Assembly: GCF_021869535.1 (NCBI RefSeq)
Contig: NW_026262712.1
Coordinates: forward strand, 52,886,001-52,950,000
Direction of reading: 5' to 3'
Origin: Mytilus californianus
Taxonomy: Eukaryota
Length of the DNA stretch: 64,000 bases
Below, in pieces: positions 14,042 to 27,837 of the stretch. Both the position numbers and the translations under genes were made by a program. The notes below the pieces were generated by a model. It had not been told where the DNA came from and made no database searches. It worked only from the letters and a program-made list of their open reading frames with translations. Position 1 is the stretch's first letter. The number at the start of each line of letters is the position of its first letter.

Positions 14042-15183
14042 TTTTTAGCTCATCTGGCCCTTAGTGCCAGTGTTAGCTTTTGCCATCATTTGGGCATGGC
14101 GTCCGTTGTGTGTTGTCGTAGTCGTCTGTTGTCGTCATCGTCTGTAAACTTTTACAAAGATCATCTCCTCTGAAACAACTTTGCTAAATTTAACCAAACT
14201 TTGCCACGATCATCAATGGGGTATCTCGTTAAAAAATATGTCCGATGACAAACAATTATTTTTTTTCACTTTGCCTATTATCTCGAAAATTATAAAGATA
14301 GACAGAAACTTTAAATAGCAAAAATGATCAACAAGACAAGGTCTAAAAATTAGTCAACATGATCGAAATCGTCAGTCAACACCTGACTGAAGTTATTGCC
14401 CTTCAATGATGATTTTTACCAATTTTTGAAATTTTGCCTATTAATATCTTGAAAACTATAATAGATTGATAAAAAGTTTTAGTAGCAAAAAATTATCAGC
14501 AAGACGAGATCTACAAATAAGTCAGCATGACCGAAATCGTTAGTCGACTCCTTATTGAAGCAAGGGTTTGCATAGTATTACTACATGTATACAAATCCTT
14601 GATTGAAGTAATTGCCCTTCACGTAGAGTTATTTCCAATTTTGTCTTTTTTGTCAATTATCTGTAAAATATAATGATAGACAGAAACTTTAAATAACAAA
14701 AATGATCAGCAAGACCAGATTTTCAATAAAGTCAACCATAATCGCTAGTCTCCTCCTTATTGAAGTTATTGCCCTTTAATGACTATTTTTCCCAATTTTT
14801 GTCATCTTTTGCCTATTATCTTGAAAACTAAAATTGATAGATAGAAACTTTAAATAGCAAAAATGATCAGCAAGATAAGATCTACAAATAAAGCATCATG
14901 GCCGAAATTTCCAGTCGACTCATATTTGGAGTTATTGCTTTTTAATATAATTTTCACCATTAATTTGCGTTATTTGCTTATTATGAATTTATCTGGAAAA
15001 TATTAAGATTACATAGAAACTTTACAAAAGGAAAAATGATCAGCAGGATAAGATCTATAAACACGTCAACGTGACTGAAATTGTCAGTTAATTGTTGATA
15101 GAGTAATTCCCTTTAAAAGATTATTTTTACTAAAAAGTGACCAAGATACAGGTGAGAGACACAGGCTCTTTAGAGCCTCTAGC
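14042..15183 (+). mobile_element. Helentron-type non-autonomous element (HINE/DINE-like) with internal tandem repeats
   Basis: tttttagctca 5' end, (GTC)n microsatellite, ~180-bp internal repeats, 3' caggtgag..aggctctttagagcct hairpin. Same architecture as 17219-17846 and 52283-53531. Confidence 0.7.
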
Positions 15184-16489
15184 TTTATGTGAAACAGTTG
15201 GTTTTCTTGACTGACATGTGTGTTTTATCAAGTCAAAATAGCTGCCTTTCAAACGTGAATTTTGAGTCTACTTCGACCTTCAAAAGTTCTAAATTTTCCT
15301 ATAAGAATCTTATTAATTCTATCATGCCAACCTCTGTGCTTGTATTAATATGAGTAGGCATTATATTTGTCAACATTTTACAGCTCGCTAAAGCTCTGTA
15401 TAAAGATAATGATAATTATAATGCCTACCCTTGTTTATATGAACAAAGAGAATGGCACGAAATAATTATTTCGTAAGCAAACCCCATTCCGTATTGTAAG
15501 CTTTATAAGAGACCTAGAAATGACAAAATGTGAAAAAAATTCCAAGGAGAAAACCAACGGCCTGACTTATGATAAGAAAACCAACAATAATTACAGAAAG
15601 CAACCACTAAATAATAGGCTAATGATTTGGGAGAGGCAGATACAGAATATTGCGGGATTAAACATCTTTGTTAGATCAAGTCCTCCCCTATCATGCCATG
15701 CATATTTAACTCACAATTTAATAGTCCAAAGAAAGACAATCGCATGAAATAAGAGATAATTTTGACACAACTGGCAATATCAATTGTTGCTAACATTTCG
15801 GAGAAGCTGCGCAAATCAATTTAAAGGTAAATTAAACCTGGTTTAAAAGGCCGCGAATTGAACCGACGAATCCCAATGCTTGAGATGAGCTTGCTTCAGT
15901 TAGAATTCAAATATGATTGAATATTATCTTTAAACTTTAACGGACTCGGGTCCTTTTTTTTCGTTTTTCGTCATTTAAAAAAGAAAAATAAGGTAATTAA
16001 AAATTAAACCTGGTTTTATAGCTATCTAAACCTCTCACTTGTATGACAGTCGTATTGAATTCCATTATATTACAACAATATGTGAGCAAAACAAACAGAC
16101 ATAATAGGTAAAAACGTTAACAATTGGGATATAGCAGTCAACATTGTAATATAATCTTAATCACTATAAAAAATAATAACTGTTTCAACAAAGAAAAACA
16201 AAATGGCATATAGACAAAGTACATAATTAAGCAAAAATGAAAAACAAGAAATACAAAATTGACCATAGCACATTAACACAATGGCGGGATGTATAAGTAC
16301 CGAACCACGTCATAAGTATATATTAACTAAAAATGGACGAAACATTAAAGGTTAAATATATACAAGGACAAATAAGAAGAACACTACAACACGTAAGTAA
16401 GATGACAAACAACGCCAGTACCTGAAACTATATACATGTATCAAGACCATCATGTATTATTTGAATTTCTGAATGAAAATTTCCAATGT

Positions 16490-17915
16490 CAGAATCAAAA
16501 TGCCTAATATTGTAAAAATGTATCAATACCTTTGTCAAACCTTCATGGAATTTTAGGAAATTTGGACAAAGGCTTGTTTATGACCAAAAGACAGTATCCA
16601 GGGCAAAATGTTGAACATATTCATTTTCAATTTTCCGTATTCTACTGATAAATGGACTTAGTTTTGTATAAATTTGACAAATTGATACAGTCTGTGGTTA
16701 AAGTTTGTTGCACATCAATTACTTAATCAAACCTTCATAGAATTTTATGTAACTTTGGCAGAATCTTTTTTATGATTAAGAGATAATGTCTCAAGCAAAC
16801 TTTTGAAAATGTATTTTTTTCATTTTCATTTTTTTTCTGATAGGTTGACTTAGTTATTACAGTTTACATTTACAGACAGTCTGGGATTAAACCTTTTCGA
16901 CATGATAAATTTGTAAAACTTCATGGATTGTTTATTAATCTAGGCTCAGCTATAAAACCCGGTTTAATCCACCATTTTCAATATAAGGAAATGCCTGTAC
17001 TAAGTCAGAAATATGACAGTTGTTTTCCATTCGTTAGATGTGTTTGGGCTTTTGATTTTGCCATTTTATGAAGGACTTTCCGTTTTGAATTTCCTTTGGA
17101 GTTCGGTATTTTTGTCACTAGTATTTTAATTTTTGGACAGAACCTAATCAATAGCATCTAAAGAAAAAGTTAGATTTTATTTTTAAAAATCTGTATTTTA
17201 CTGATAAATGGACTCACTTTTTAGCTCACCGGGGCCCGAAGGGCCCAATGTCAGCTTATGCCATCACTTGGCGTCCGTCGTCGTCCGTCGTCTGTCGTTA
17301 ACTATTTCAAAAATCTTCTCCTCTGAAACTACTGGGCCAAATACCTTCAAACTTTAACTAAATGTTCCTTAGGGTATCTAGTTTATAAATAGTATCCGAA
17401 GTTTTGATCCATCGACAAACATGGCCGCCATGGCTAAAAATAGAACATAGGGGTCAAATGCAGTTTTTGGCTTATATCTCAAAAACTAAAGCTTTTAGAG
17501 CAAATCTGACAGTGGTAAAATTGTTCAATTGGTCAAGATCTATCAGCTCTGAAATTTTCAGACAAATCGAACAACCCATTGTTGGGTTGCTGCCACCGAA
17601 TTGGTAGTTTTAACAAAATTTTGCAGTTTTTTGTTATTATTTTGAATATTACTATAGATATATGTAAACTGTAAGCAGCAATAATGTTCAGCAAAGTAAG
17701 ATCTACAAAAAAGTTAATATGACCCCTTAAGGAGTTATTGCCCTTTAAAGACAATTTTACACAATTTGTTCATCAAGTTTGCTAACATTTAAAAATCTTC
17801 TCCTCTGAAACACAGGTGAGCGATTCAGGCTCTTGAGAGCCTCTTGTTAAGTCAACATTACACTTTTAGACTGACAGCAGCAATAAAGAGCGAGACACAG
17901 GGTTCCACGGAACCT
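16490..17915 (+). mobile_element. Helentron-type element (host), interrupted by a nested element at 17219-17846
   Basis: Homologous to 48640-49185, which is uninterrupted at the corresponding site; 3' ggttccacggaacc hairpin. Confidence 0.65.
17219..17846 (+). mobile_element. Nested Helentron-type non-autonomous element
   Basis: tttagctcaccggggcccgaagggccc 5' stem-loop, (GTC)n tract, 3' caggtgagcgattcaggctcttgagagcctcttg. Inserted in a T-run without TSD. Confidence 0.75.
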
Positions 17916-18140
17916 TTTCTCAAATTTTTATTATCTAAATCCCGACAATATGATTGTATATATAATTAAAGATGATCTTTCAATCATGTAATTGGAAAAC
18001 CGGTAAATTTCATTGTCGGAAATCATGTTTTCCGATTATGTTGTATACATAATCTACGCATTTTCAAATCTGCGTATAAATGCTACGTGTTAAGAAAAGG
18101 CTATCATATGAATGAACCGAGAATTCGAACTCAGACCAAA

Positions 18141-21100
18141 ATGGTCCTGATGAAAAAAATATACATATGTGTCTTCCTTGTTTCGTTTTTGGTTGGTGAA
18201 ACTACTCAAGAACCTGGTAAGTAATTATTACATAACAAGTCTATACTTTGTAGGCATCTAATAAGGAAATGATAATTTCAAAATTCAGAAATATAGCACG
18301 GTTGGTACTTGACGAGAAAAAATATTGAACAGGCAAATTATGTATTGTTAGATAGAGTGAATAACATGTTCGTTACATGTATTGCTTTGAGAGACGTTAC
18401 TTGCAACCTGTATGACTTTATGTAATGCATTGTATGCGTGACAAATGAAGAATAAATATCTTTACGTCCAAACCTGCGTTTTCGACAGCGACACAACAAC
18501 ACGTACAACATATATAATAACGAATAAAATAGCAGTTACTACGGGCCCAACTCATCAGGTCGGTACTGTAATTGTGTTAGCCAATTTTCTCCATTTTTAA
18601 TTATATCTGATTAATTATTCCCTAATCTTTCTATTCTAAACCCTACTTCACTCTATTCTTGATTATGTTCACCCATTTTTTCTCTATTCTTTGTTCTTCT
18701 TTCCCATTATTTCTATTGTGTAAACACAATCCAGATCCTCATAATGTAAGTCTAGGTAAATTCAAATATAGATTCACATAAGGTTTTTATTTTTAGGGAT
18801 ATGTTTTTATGGAGAAGAAGCATGGACACAGGCAAAGGATTATTTCACACAACCATCAACTTGCCATGGTAATAATATTTATTAACTATGGATCACAAGG
18901 ATTGTTCCCCTTAAAGGTCTATTTGTATTTCTAAAGTATGTTTCACTATAGAACAGATACAGGGGAATTTGATGTTTAAATGGAATCTTCTTTTGTTGTT
19001 TATTTTCTAACTAAAATAACGAATAAACAGTGCACCAATCATAGCTAGCTATATATTGTGCTAATTGTTGGCATTTAGAATGGGTTTTGGACTCCGTCAT
19101 TCCTAATAGGGGTTGTGGTATACATGTAGAACATTTTTCGTCCAAAGCCAACAATATTAAAGATTAAATTAAAAATTAAAATGTGTGGCATGATTTATAT
19201 CATTTCTTTCACTAGTATTTTTTCTGAACAATGCTATTGATGATTTCATATTTTATCTAATTTAAAAAATTATAATTGATTTAATACATAAAGATAGCAG
19301 TGCATACTTTAAGCTTCAATAAAAAATGTAAGGTACAATTTTTCTATCAATTTTTTTTTCTTTATTTTATCTCCCTTTAGAAGGAAGACCTATTGACTGT
19401 AATGATATTCCTGGCAAATGTCCAAGTGGAGTATATAAGGTGTTTCCAAAGCAAACACAAGGAATTGATGTTTATTGTGAAATGAATTTAGACGAAGGAC
19501 ACTGGACGGTGAGTTAGATTTAAAAAAAATGACAAAATAAAAAGCATTTCACAACAGATCCTTTTAATGTTATAATAAAATAACTAATGAATTTGATAGT
19601 TCCAAATATTTAGTTTTCCCATTCCCCTCACTCAAAAAAATATATAGCATTTGACATTTGGTTTTTCCCAGAACACTAGGCTTTTATGTGTAAAATGCAC
19701 AGATCACGATCATGATAATCGTAGATTAATTTATTTTCATGGTCTCAGAAATCTCTTATCCTCTTTTTTTTTAGCTATTTATTTTGGTCATTTGTCATTT
19801 TTTGTTAAACAAAAAAAAGTATCACACTTCCGGAAAAGATGTATCGAGCTTTGTTTACCTTAAAATTGTCTGAAAACAGACTGGTTATAAATGGACTAAG
19901 AGAACAAAAAAAAAAAACCCAAACCCACAAGTCAACGAAAAACAGAGAAGTCAAAGGCCTAAAGGAAATACAAAGAAAGAAACACCTTCAACAGTACACC
20001 TGAACAAATTCTTCTTTCAAAAAATAAAGATTGAACGGCACCAGGGAAAACTCAAAATGGTCTGCAGTTACTGTTTCAAAAAATTTTCAATGATATCATA
20101 CTCTGATCAAATATAAAATAATACTCTTCTTCATTGACTTTGAGGCAATAAACTTGCTACTGTCCGAATAGCCAGTAAGTAAGTTTTAATATCATAAAGT
20201 ACGAGAAAATGCCTGCTTCCATTAAGTATTTTTTTAAACTATAAACTGGTTAATAGTCTTTTTATGGGACAGTGTTTGCTTCCAGTATATATTTCATACC
20301 CAGTTGATAGACAAGTTCGTGAAAATAGTAAAGGAGAATGTTCGGTAAGGGTCATATTTGGCCCCGAATATAAAGTTCAATGTTACTGATTTATACAATA
20401 AAATGATGCTTTAAGTTGACTTAAAGACATGCGAGAAAGTTATATAGAACTATTTCTGTCAAAGTTTTATTCTAAAGCGTTGGTTTTTACATCCCAATAA
20501 GGTCAAAATAAAGGATTTTGGCGAAATCTGATAAAATCGGCTGGATTTCAGCCAGAACCAGGAAACACAGAGCGCAGGCGTCGACAAACTAAACATTCAA
20601 GTTAGGCCTGTAAAATGTCATTACAATCATTATTTTCATAGATCTTTTTTTGTCGACGTATGCGCTCTATGTTTCCTGTCCAATAATCAATTGAAATTTA
20701 CCCATTTTTATTGATTTTTCATGGAAAATCAAAATGAGGACTATTTGTGACGTCATGAATAAAATGCAGGAACGTAAATTTTCAACAAAAAGACTTATTC
20801 CTATCTAGTCACTGTATTAGCTATGATTCATTGTGATATTTGTCAATAAATCCTAATTCGAAATTTAAGCTAAAAAAGGGGTCCATTTCAGGGCCTTATC
20901 GAACCTACTCCTTTATTCATCTATAATTCAATAAAACAATCATATACTGAGGTATAATAACTACAGCTAAAAAATTGCAAATTGAACATCGAAAATTGAA
21001 AGACAAAATACTACGGTTGTGTAAACAACTAACGGTATCCTGCTAATTTTGTATTGTTAGAAATGTAATTTAGTGACAATATTCAAACGTTTCGCATGAG

Positions 21101-24100
21101 TCTTTCGATTGTTACTACATTTCAGAGAACAAGACGTATTTTGATATTGACATGATATAAGTTTTCACATATTCTTACTGAGAAATGTAAACCTTTGGTT
21201 ACCGAACCTCTTCCGAAATTTTGTATTGCACTGCTCCTCGTATTAAATTGTCATATATCTTTTTTCAGGTTTTTCAAAGACGAGAAAATGGCTATGTTGA
21301 CTTTTACCGCGGATGGAATGACTACAAATCAGGATTTGGGAACCCGAAGAATGAGTTTTGGCTCGGTTAGTTTGCATATGATTTAAATGCATTTTACCAT
21401 TAACATAACCACCAGTCAAAAGTTAAATCAATTGTCTTTTTTTTTCAAATCAGGTCATTTTTTAGTTTGCGTACATTGATTGAATAATACACCTAGTCTT
21501 TACCAAACTACAGTCGGGAATATCCTTTGGAATATTACCGACTTTTGAATCCGGAGTTTATATTTTTTCGACAGGTTACCTACTCTGTGGAAGAACATCC
21601 TGGTGCTGGTCAAGTAAATGAATAAAATTAAGCTTTCACTCGGTACAATTTATGGGGAAAATTAACTGCTTTACATTTTCACGAAAACTGCTTTATATAT
21701 ATACATTTGATCACGAAATCAAAATACTTTAAGCAATTAATATATAAAATGTTTCATTGAAGTGCATAGGGTCATGATTTAATCTTCAATTTAATGAAAT
21801 TTTGAACTTTGTTGCATTATAAACAGCTACGCCACGAGCGCATGATACGCCCGTCGTCTTGTGTGTGACGTTTTATGCAATAATCATAAATCGTTTCTGA
21901 TATACGGCGCGACATGTGAAAACCCCCCTTTTTTATAAAAAAAGTATACAGATCCCGCTGTTTTAGTTACAAAGCCCCGTTACTCAGGAAGTTTTAATCT
22001 TATCTTCGCCAAAAAGTATACAGATCGTTTGACCATCTTAAGAAACAACTATGAAAAGTTTCACGGATAAGACGTTCTCAAGTTACGGTACGACATGTGG
22101 ACGCCGGACAGACGGACAGATGGACGCCGGACATTTGTATACCATAATACGTCCCTTCAAAGTTTTATTTTGACGGGCGTATAAAAACAAACATTAGGTC
22201 ATGGTGGTCTCTTACTTGTGTGCTCACCTCCTGTGGGAGAGGTGTAGGTTTTATTTCAGACAAGGTGAAACCAATTACTGTAAAATTGACATTTGCGCTA
22301 TGTTCACAGCATCTGGGAATTAAGGTATAATAGCAAATTTTTACTGATCGGCTAGGATTCAGACAATCATGTGTCATTGTAGGGTGTGACATGTCTATCC
22401 GAGGAAAATAGAATATTCCATGCAACGGAAGGTAAAAAATTACGGCAATTACGGCAAGGTTTGAACTATAATGCATGGACATGTACGTCAATTTTACGGA
22501 AATTTTTGGAGTACTTTTTTGGAGAAGATGTTACTAAGTTGTCAAATTTGTGTCTGATCCAATATATTTGTCATTTTGAACACAACAATACCGATATATT
22601 TAAACTAATCATCCCATATCTTTTTATATTTTATTTTGTGTTATTTTTAGGCAACGAAAATTTGCACTCTCTAACATCACAACACAACTATGAAATGAGG
22701 ATCGATTTAATCGATTTCGATGGAAACGCGGCATTTGCAAAATATAAAGTTTTTGCAATTGGAGATGAGAGTTCGAAGTTCAAACTAACCGTAAATGGAT
22801 ATCATGGCACTGCAGGTACAAATTTGATCATATTTCATGTTTAAGGTATTTTGATATTCTTAGTTTTTTTAGTTGTATGGGTTCACTGTACTTAAACTCG
22901 ATTTGATGAATACGAAACGTGAATAACTTTATTTATTAATAGAATGTCGATTTTTTTATTAAAGTTTTACTTCATGGTTCTTAATTAAAGTAAAACAAAT
23001 AGCTTGGGATTAAAAAAAACCCAACAGTTAATTATATGGGCGCATGGCATTCAGTGCGCCATTTTTTACAAAATCCAATCTGTCATTTGCGCCACAAGGT
23101 TATATTTCATTTGCACCAAAAAATAAAACTACATTTGCGCAATTTTACAGGTGATATAGCGAAAAAGTTTAAAATATTCATTGCTTCATCGTGAATAAGA
23201 TTTTTTTTTAAGTATTCCACCAAGTACGTAACTATGCAAGTTTAAACTCAATTTCTAATATTGAACTGAGAGTCACTTAATGATAACATGTTTTATGTGT
23301 CAAGATAGACATTATCAATTCTGAGACAAACAAGCCGTTATTTTTTCAATTGGATTGTTTCATATTTTTCATTTCGGGGATGTTTATATCCGACTATATG
23401 GTATGGCTTTTTTCTCATTTTTGAATGCCTACAATTGCTTTCATCCACTTCATTAATTTTGGTGAATAGTTGTTTTATTGGCAATTAAACCACATTTGGT
23501 TATTTTTATGTAGAGAAAATAAGTCTGTATTTTTTATGACCACACATATAGGTTATCCAGTGTACATGAGTACGTCCGAGCCGTTGCTAAAAAGTCTTGT
23601 TTCAGAACGAACTTTTGGTTTTACTCCAGTGTATAGCGCTTACTTTTAGGTTTTATGATCTCTTTAATTTATAACAGAACTGTGTTTTAACATTATCATG
23701 AAAAGTCTCTTATTATAACGTATCAGTATATATATATATATATATATATATAGTGCTTTCATTATAGTTAGTAATACGATGATTTCAGAGGAATATGTTT
23801 TATTATGTAATCAAATAATGTGTTTTAAAGTTATTATTAAAAGTCTCTTTTGAATAAAACTAGTTCTTATACTATTTACCTGTATTATTGGCGCAAATGA
23901 AATGTTTTATTTTGGCGCAAATGAAAAATGGTTTGTGGCGCAAATGAAAGATTAGTTTGGCGCAAATGAAATGCAAAGCACTGAATTATGTAACAAGGTG
24001 GGTACTGACATATCTTCCTAAAGAATTTATACCTTGATTAACTATTATTATAAGAATACTGAATAGAAAATCAAATATCAAAATTGAGCAATACAAACCC

Positions 24101-24934
24101 TAACAAAACGGGTTTTTCAACCAGCTTCTAGCTGTATAAGCAACTGATATTGATTGATAAAAGATATGCATGATACCGTTATATTGTTGTTCTGTTACTA
24201 CTCGTTCTATTCTGATTAAAGTAATCGACCTACCTAATAAATTGGTATGTACTGATTAACTGTGAAGGCTGATGTTCCAGAAAACCAACAAAAAATCGTA
24301 TAAACATTAACAAAAACCGACTACTAAGCACTTCAATGAAACGGAGTTTATATGAAATATCATACATTTATTGTACATTTGGCTCTTTTAATGTTCTTCT
24401 AAAAATAAGAGCAAAAAGATAGTAACCGTATAAACAAAACGATTATCAGCAAATACTGCGCTTTTCCTTGCTTCAATTTGTTTTTTCTATATCTTATTAT
24501 CGTGTTTACGGAACATCCGCACTCTATGCATGATTCTAATCATACATACTTCTTGGAGACAGAAAGCTGTAAAGTTCAGGAGATGCTTGTAGCATTAGTA
24601 CAATAAACTTGATAACGTTAATCATGATTCGTAAGAATACTTATATGGTTCAATTCTTGATAGAATATTTGTATTTTCAGGTAACAGCATGGAATACCAC
24701 AGCGGCCATGGTTTCTCAACAAAGGATAGCGATAACGATAACCATTCTAGTCACTGTGCTTTAGTGTATTCTGGAGCCTGGTGGTTTAATGCCTGTGTAA
24801 AAGCTGATCTAAATGGTCAGTATTTTCTGAAGACACCAGACTCCGCCCATCGAGGTGTTTACTGGCGTGCCTGGAAAGGATCAAACTATTCTTTGAAAGG
24901 CTCATTGATGATGATACGTAGAGTGTCAATTTAG
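18141..24934 (+). CDS. Secreted fibrinogen-related protein (FReD/FREP, ficolin/MFAP4-like), 263 aa; exons 18141-18216, 18797-18868, 19381-19508, 21269-21365, 22651-22815, 24681-24934
   Basis: All introns are GT..AG with consistent phases, 792 nt in total. Signal-peptide-like [19 protein letters not shown]. Fibrinogen-C motifs: [91 protein letters not shown] at ~24959. Confidence 0.93.
20332..20912. mobile_element. Kolobok-like MITE in FREP intron 3
   Basis: Imperfect TIR AGGAGaatGTTCGgTAAGG versus the reverse complement of ccttatcgaacctactcct. Flanks gtaa/ttat resemble a decayed TTAA. Confidence 0.6.
21822..22188 (-). mobile_element. Helentron-type non-autonomous element, reverse orientation
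   Basis: atacgcccgtc..gacgggcgtat subterminal inverted repeats with a (GGAC/AGAC) microsatellite near the right end. Confidence 0.55.
23046..23991. mobile_element. Foldback-like TIR element with TGGCGCAAATGA subterminal repeats, in FREP intron 5
   Basis: Left end has catggcattcagtgc plus about three catttgcgc(c)a-type copies; right end has four tggcgcaaatga copies plus gcactgaattatg. Confidence 0.6.
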
Positions 24935-25177
24935 AATTCACACATTATAAGAATTTTGAATAAATTATTAGTATTGTGTATTTCCCCCTCTTTATATCAC
25001 TTTCACAAAGCAGTAGTGAGTCAAGTGGACTAAGACTTGAAATTATTTTTTTTTTATTTCTTTTCTTGTGTCGTTTTATAAATACAGTAAGAGAGTGTTT
25101 TAACTTATGATTGTGAGTCCCCGAGGGTATCACTAGCCAAGTAGCCAGTGGCATGAAAAGACGGGTAATTTTTTAAA

Positions 25178-25685
25178 CCCCCGCAATTGAAAGTTGAGGG
25201 GCATATTGTTTTACCCCTGTATGTTCGTCCTTCCGTCTGTTCTTCCGTCCGTCCGGTTATGGGTATATAGTAATTCCAGATAACTCCTCCTACAGTTTGA
25301 ATGCTAGGAAGGTTTTTCGTTGCTGGATGTATGTACATTTATTGAAGGTGTGCATGTGGTCAGGGGTTTTATTTTTATTGACATTTGCTCCTTTAGGAGA
25401 TAGTTTAACTTTGTCATTTTTGCTCTTTTGGTAGATAGTTGAACTTAGTCACTTAGAATTTACTTTCATAGGAGGTTCATAGCGTTTTCGGATAACTCCT
25501 CCTACAGTGAACCATAGACTTACCTATATGCTCCAATACTCAACTTTGTGTATTTAACAATAACACTTTGCATTTGTGGGTGCATCATATGTGTCTCCAA
25601 AACACAATATTATCTCAAAGAAAGTCCTACGTTGGCTTTGTTATGATATAGTTATTTCAGAGTTGAGTGCGGGGGCATTAATTTG
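25178..25685 (+). mobile_element. Helentron-type non-autonomous element
   Basis: ttttaaacccccgca..gaggggcat 5' structure, (CGTC)n tract, 3' tgcgggggcatt subterminal inverted repeat. Confidence 0.6.
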
Positions 25686-26071
25686 TCTAGTTTTAATTTG
25701 CCTAAATTAAATGTCGAAATAATCTAAAATAAATAATTTATCTCCTTCATGCATGCCTCTGATTCCTTGTTCGTGTTTGGTTTGATCTTTGGTCCTTTTA
25801 AGTTTTATCAGCACTTCGGCGTTTGTATTAGAACATACTCACCCATTCTTGTCCAATGGAAAATCAGAATTTTTCCTTTCTATTTATCATAGTACATGGC
25901 TTTCCATGCACTATAAAATGCTATACATTAATGACTTTTCATTGTTCATGTGTAGATTAGTTATGAACGTGAACTCTTAAAAACTGCACTAACGAAATGT
26001 ACAATCCCCCAAGGCAATTTCCAAAGGAAAAGAGTAAACGAACAAAATAATGAGTAGTGTTGTTTGTCTAG

Positions 26072-26651
26072 TATATACTACTAAAATAACGAGGTCCAAT
26101 TTGTTAGCCAGCATGACATAAAAACGACGCATCAAAGAATCCGACTTTAGATTTAACTAATATAGGATAACGGTGTTGGTTAAAAATTACACCAAACCAG
26201 GCCCTTTGTTTTCCACATTATTAATACGACCAATAATAAACAAGTTCCGGGTCGAATCCGATACAGATACCAATAAATGCCAGTTATCTGTTACCTAATC
26301 TGTACGTTCCGCCTCTGTCAGGCGTACCAGCAAACGGTGTATTTGGGATTTGTTATATACACGTGTCATATTCACACATGAACTTCGTCACAGGGATTCC
26401 CGCTACTAAAATCAACCATTGACAAAAAAAAATATATGTCACATGAAGTGTCTAGGTGTTATGAGCAAACCAGGACGGATTCAAACAGAAAGATTCTTTT
26501 AGGGTTATTTAAAATTTTGAAATCAGAGAAAACTGTGCACCTAAATATGATCAGCATGACTTTATCAGATGACAATACGAATACTCAAATCCAGACTAAA
26601 AATAAGGCGTAAGTACTTTAGTTCAGTCACGGACCCGTGTGTGTGTTCTAG
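26072..26651 (+). mobile_element. Non-autonomous Helitron-like element
   Basis: The 3' end has a CACGG-AC-CCGTG hairpin followed ~8 nt later by CTAG|T (26648-26652), the Helitron 3' signature. The 5' end tatatactactaaaataacgagg is approximate. Confidence 0.6.
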
Positions 26652-27253
26652 TCATTATAAATGAAACAGAATAGAACTATAATAAATGCATTTTAAGTTG
26701 AGATTTTAACATTATTAAAGTTATCTAATGGTAAATATATAGAACCCCCCCCCCCCTTCCCCTAGAAATAAGAATTGAAAAGGGGACACAGATGTGGGTA
26801 AAATACATGAAGTATTTAATCTAATTTTTATAAGAGACCTTAAAAATCAATGTTTTTAGAAACAGTGACTGTTGATAAAAAAATCAAAGAAAGTTTTTGA
26901 AAATAAAACACAATATAAAAAAGCAAGCATCTGATGTTGAAACGATTGTAAATTAAAATTTATTGATGATGATTCAAGTAACATTGTGTGATTTTTAAAA
27001 TGAAGGATTTCTATACATTAAACTGTGCCTGTAGCAGAGAAATTACCATTTTTTAATAATTTATTGTTTTGTTATCACAAAACTATATCTCATTGCTCTT
27101 TCATTTCATTAGTTGAAATCACCATAAATATTAATATCCCTTTTACTAAACATGTTAAGTTAACATTAAAAATTTGAGTATTACAATGAGATTATGAGAG
27201 GCTTATTTTGTTATGTCATTCGAAGGTGTGAATATGTTCTAAATTTACCAGAC

Positions 27254-27336
27254 AATACTTGGTCATGTTTTATGAACATTTAAATCACTCGGCTAGGTAT
27301 CGGGCTTTAAATGTTCATAAAACATGACCAAGTATT
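27254..27336. repeat. Hairpin / MITE remnant with 31-bp inverted arms
   Basis: aatacttggtcatgttttatgaacatttaaa and tttaaatgttcataaaacatgaccaagtatt around a 21-nt spacer. Confidence 0.85.
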
Positions 27337-27676
27337 ATCTAACCTATAATTAGGTTTTTGGACTTTTCAATATTTTGGCCTGAAGCAGCACTGAAGATTA
27401 ATTGTCGTAATGTGTTTTTATTATTAACAGTGTGGTAGGAAAACACAGGTCGATATTTTAATCATTTTCCCAGATTAAATAATATAGATCAAGATTTAAG
27501 AAGGAATGTCAAAATTTTGGAATTGACAATTTTAACTTGCGGTAGTATTCAAAGCTATCAAAGTTATCGATTCTACTGTAAATCTTTTAGTTTTCTTAAC
27601 GATCCATTTAAAAAAGTTTTTTTTTTTAATTATTGAGTATGATGATTTTTTTTCAACTCGCTAATTTTAGCAAGAC

Positions 27677-27837
27677 CAGTGGCGGATCCAGAACTTTTTA
27701 TAAGGGGGCCCACTGACTGCAATAAGAGGGGGCCCGCTACAGTCATGCTTCAGTGATTATGTATATAATCAACCAAATGTTTCCCACGAAAGGGGGACCT
27801 GGGCCCCATGAACCCCCCTCCCCTGGATCCGCCTATG
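27677..27837. mobile_element. Short MITE with GGCGGATCCAG terminal inverted repeats
   Basis: cagtggcggatccag .. ctggatccgcctatg. Confidence 0.7.

Noticed and set aside
27370-27415. Second hammerhead (gcagcactgaagattaattgtcgtaatgtg)
   Set aside because: Resembles a decayed hammerhead, but the CUGANGA core is incomplete, GAAA is mutated and stem II is broken.
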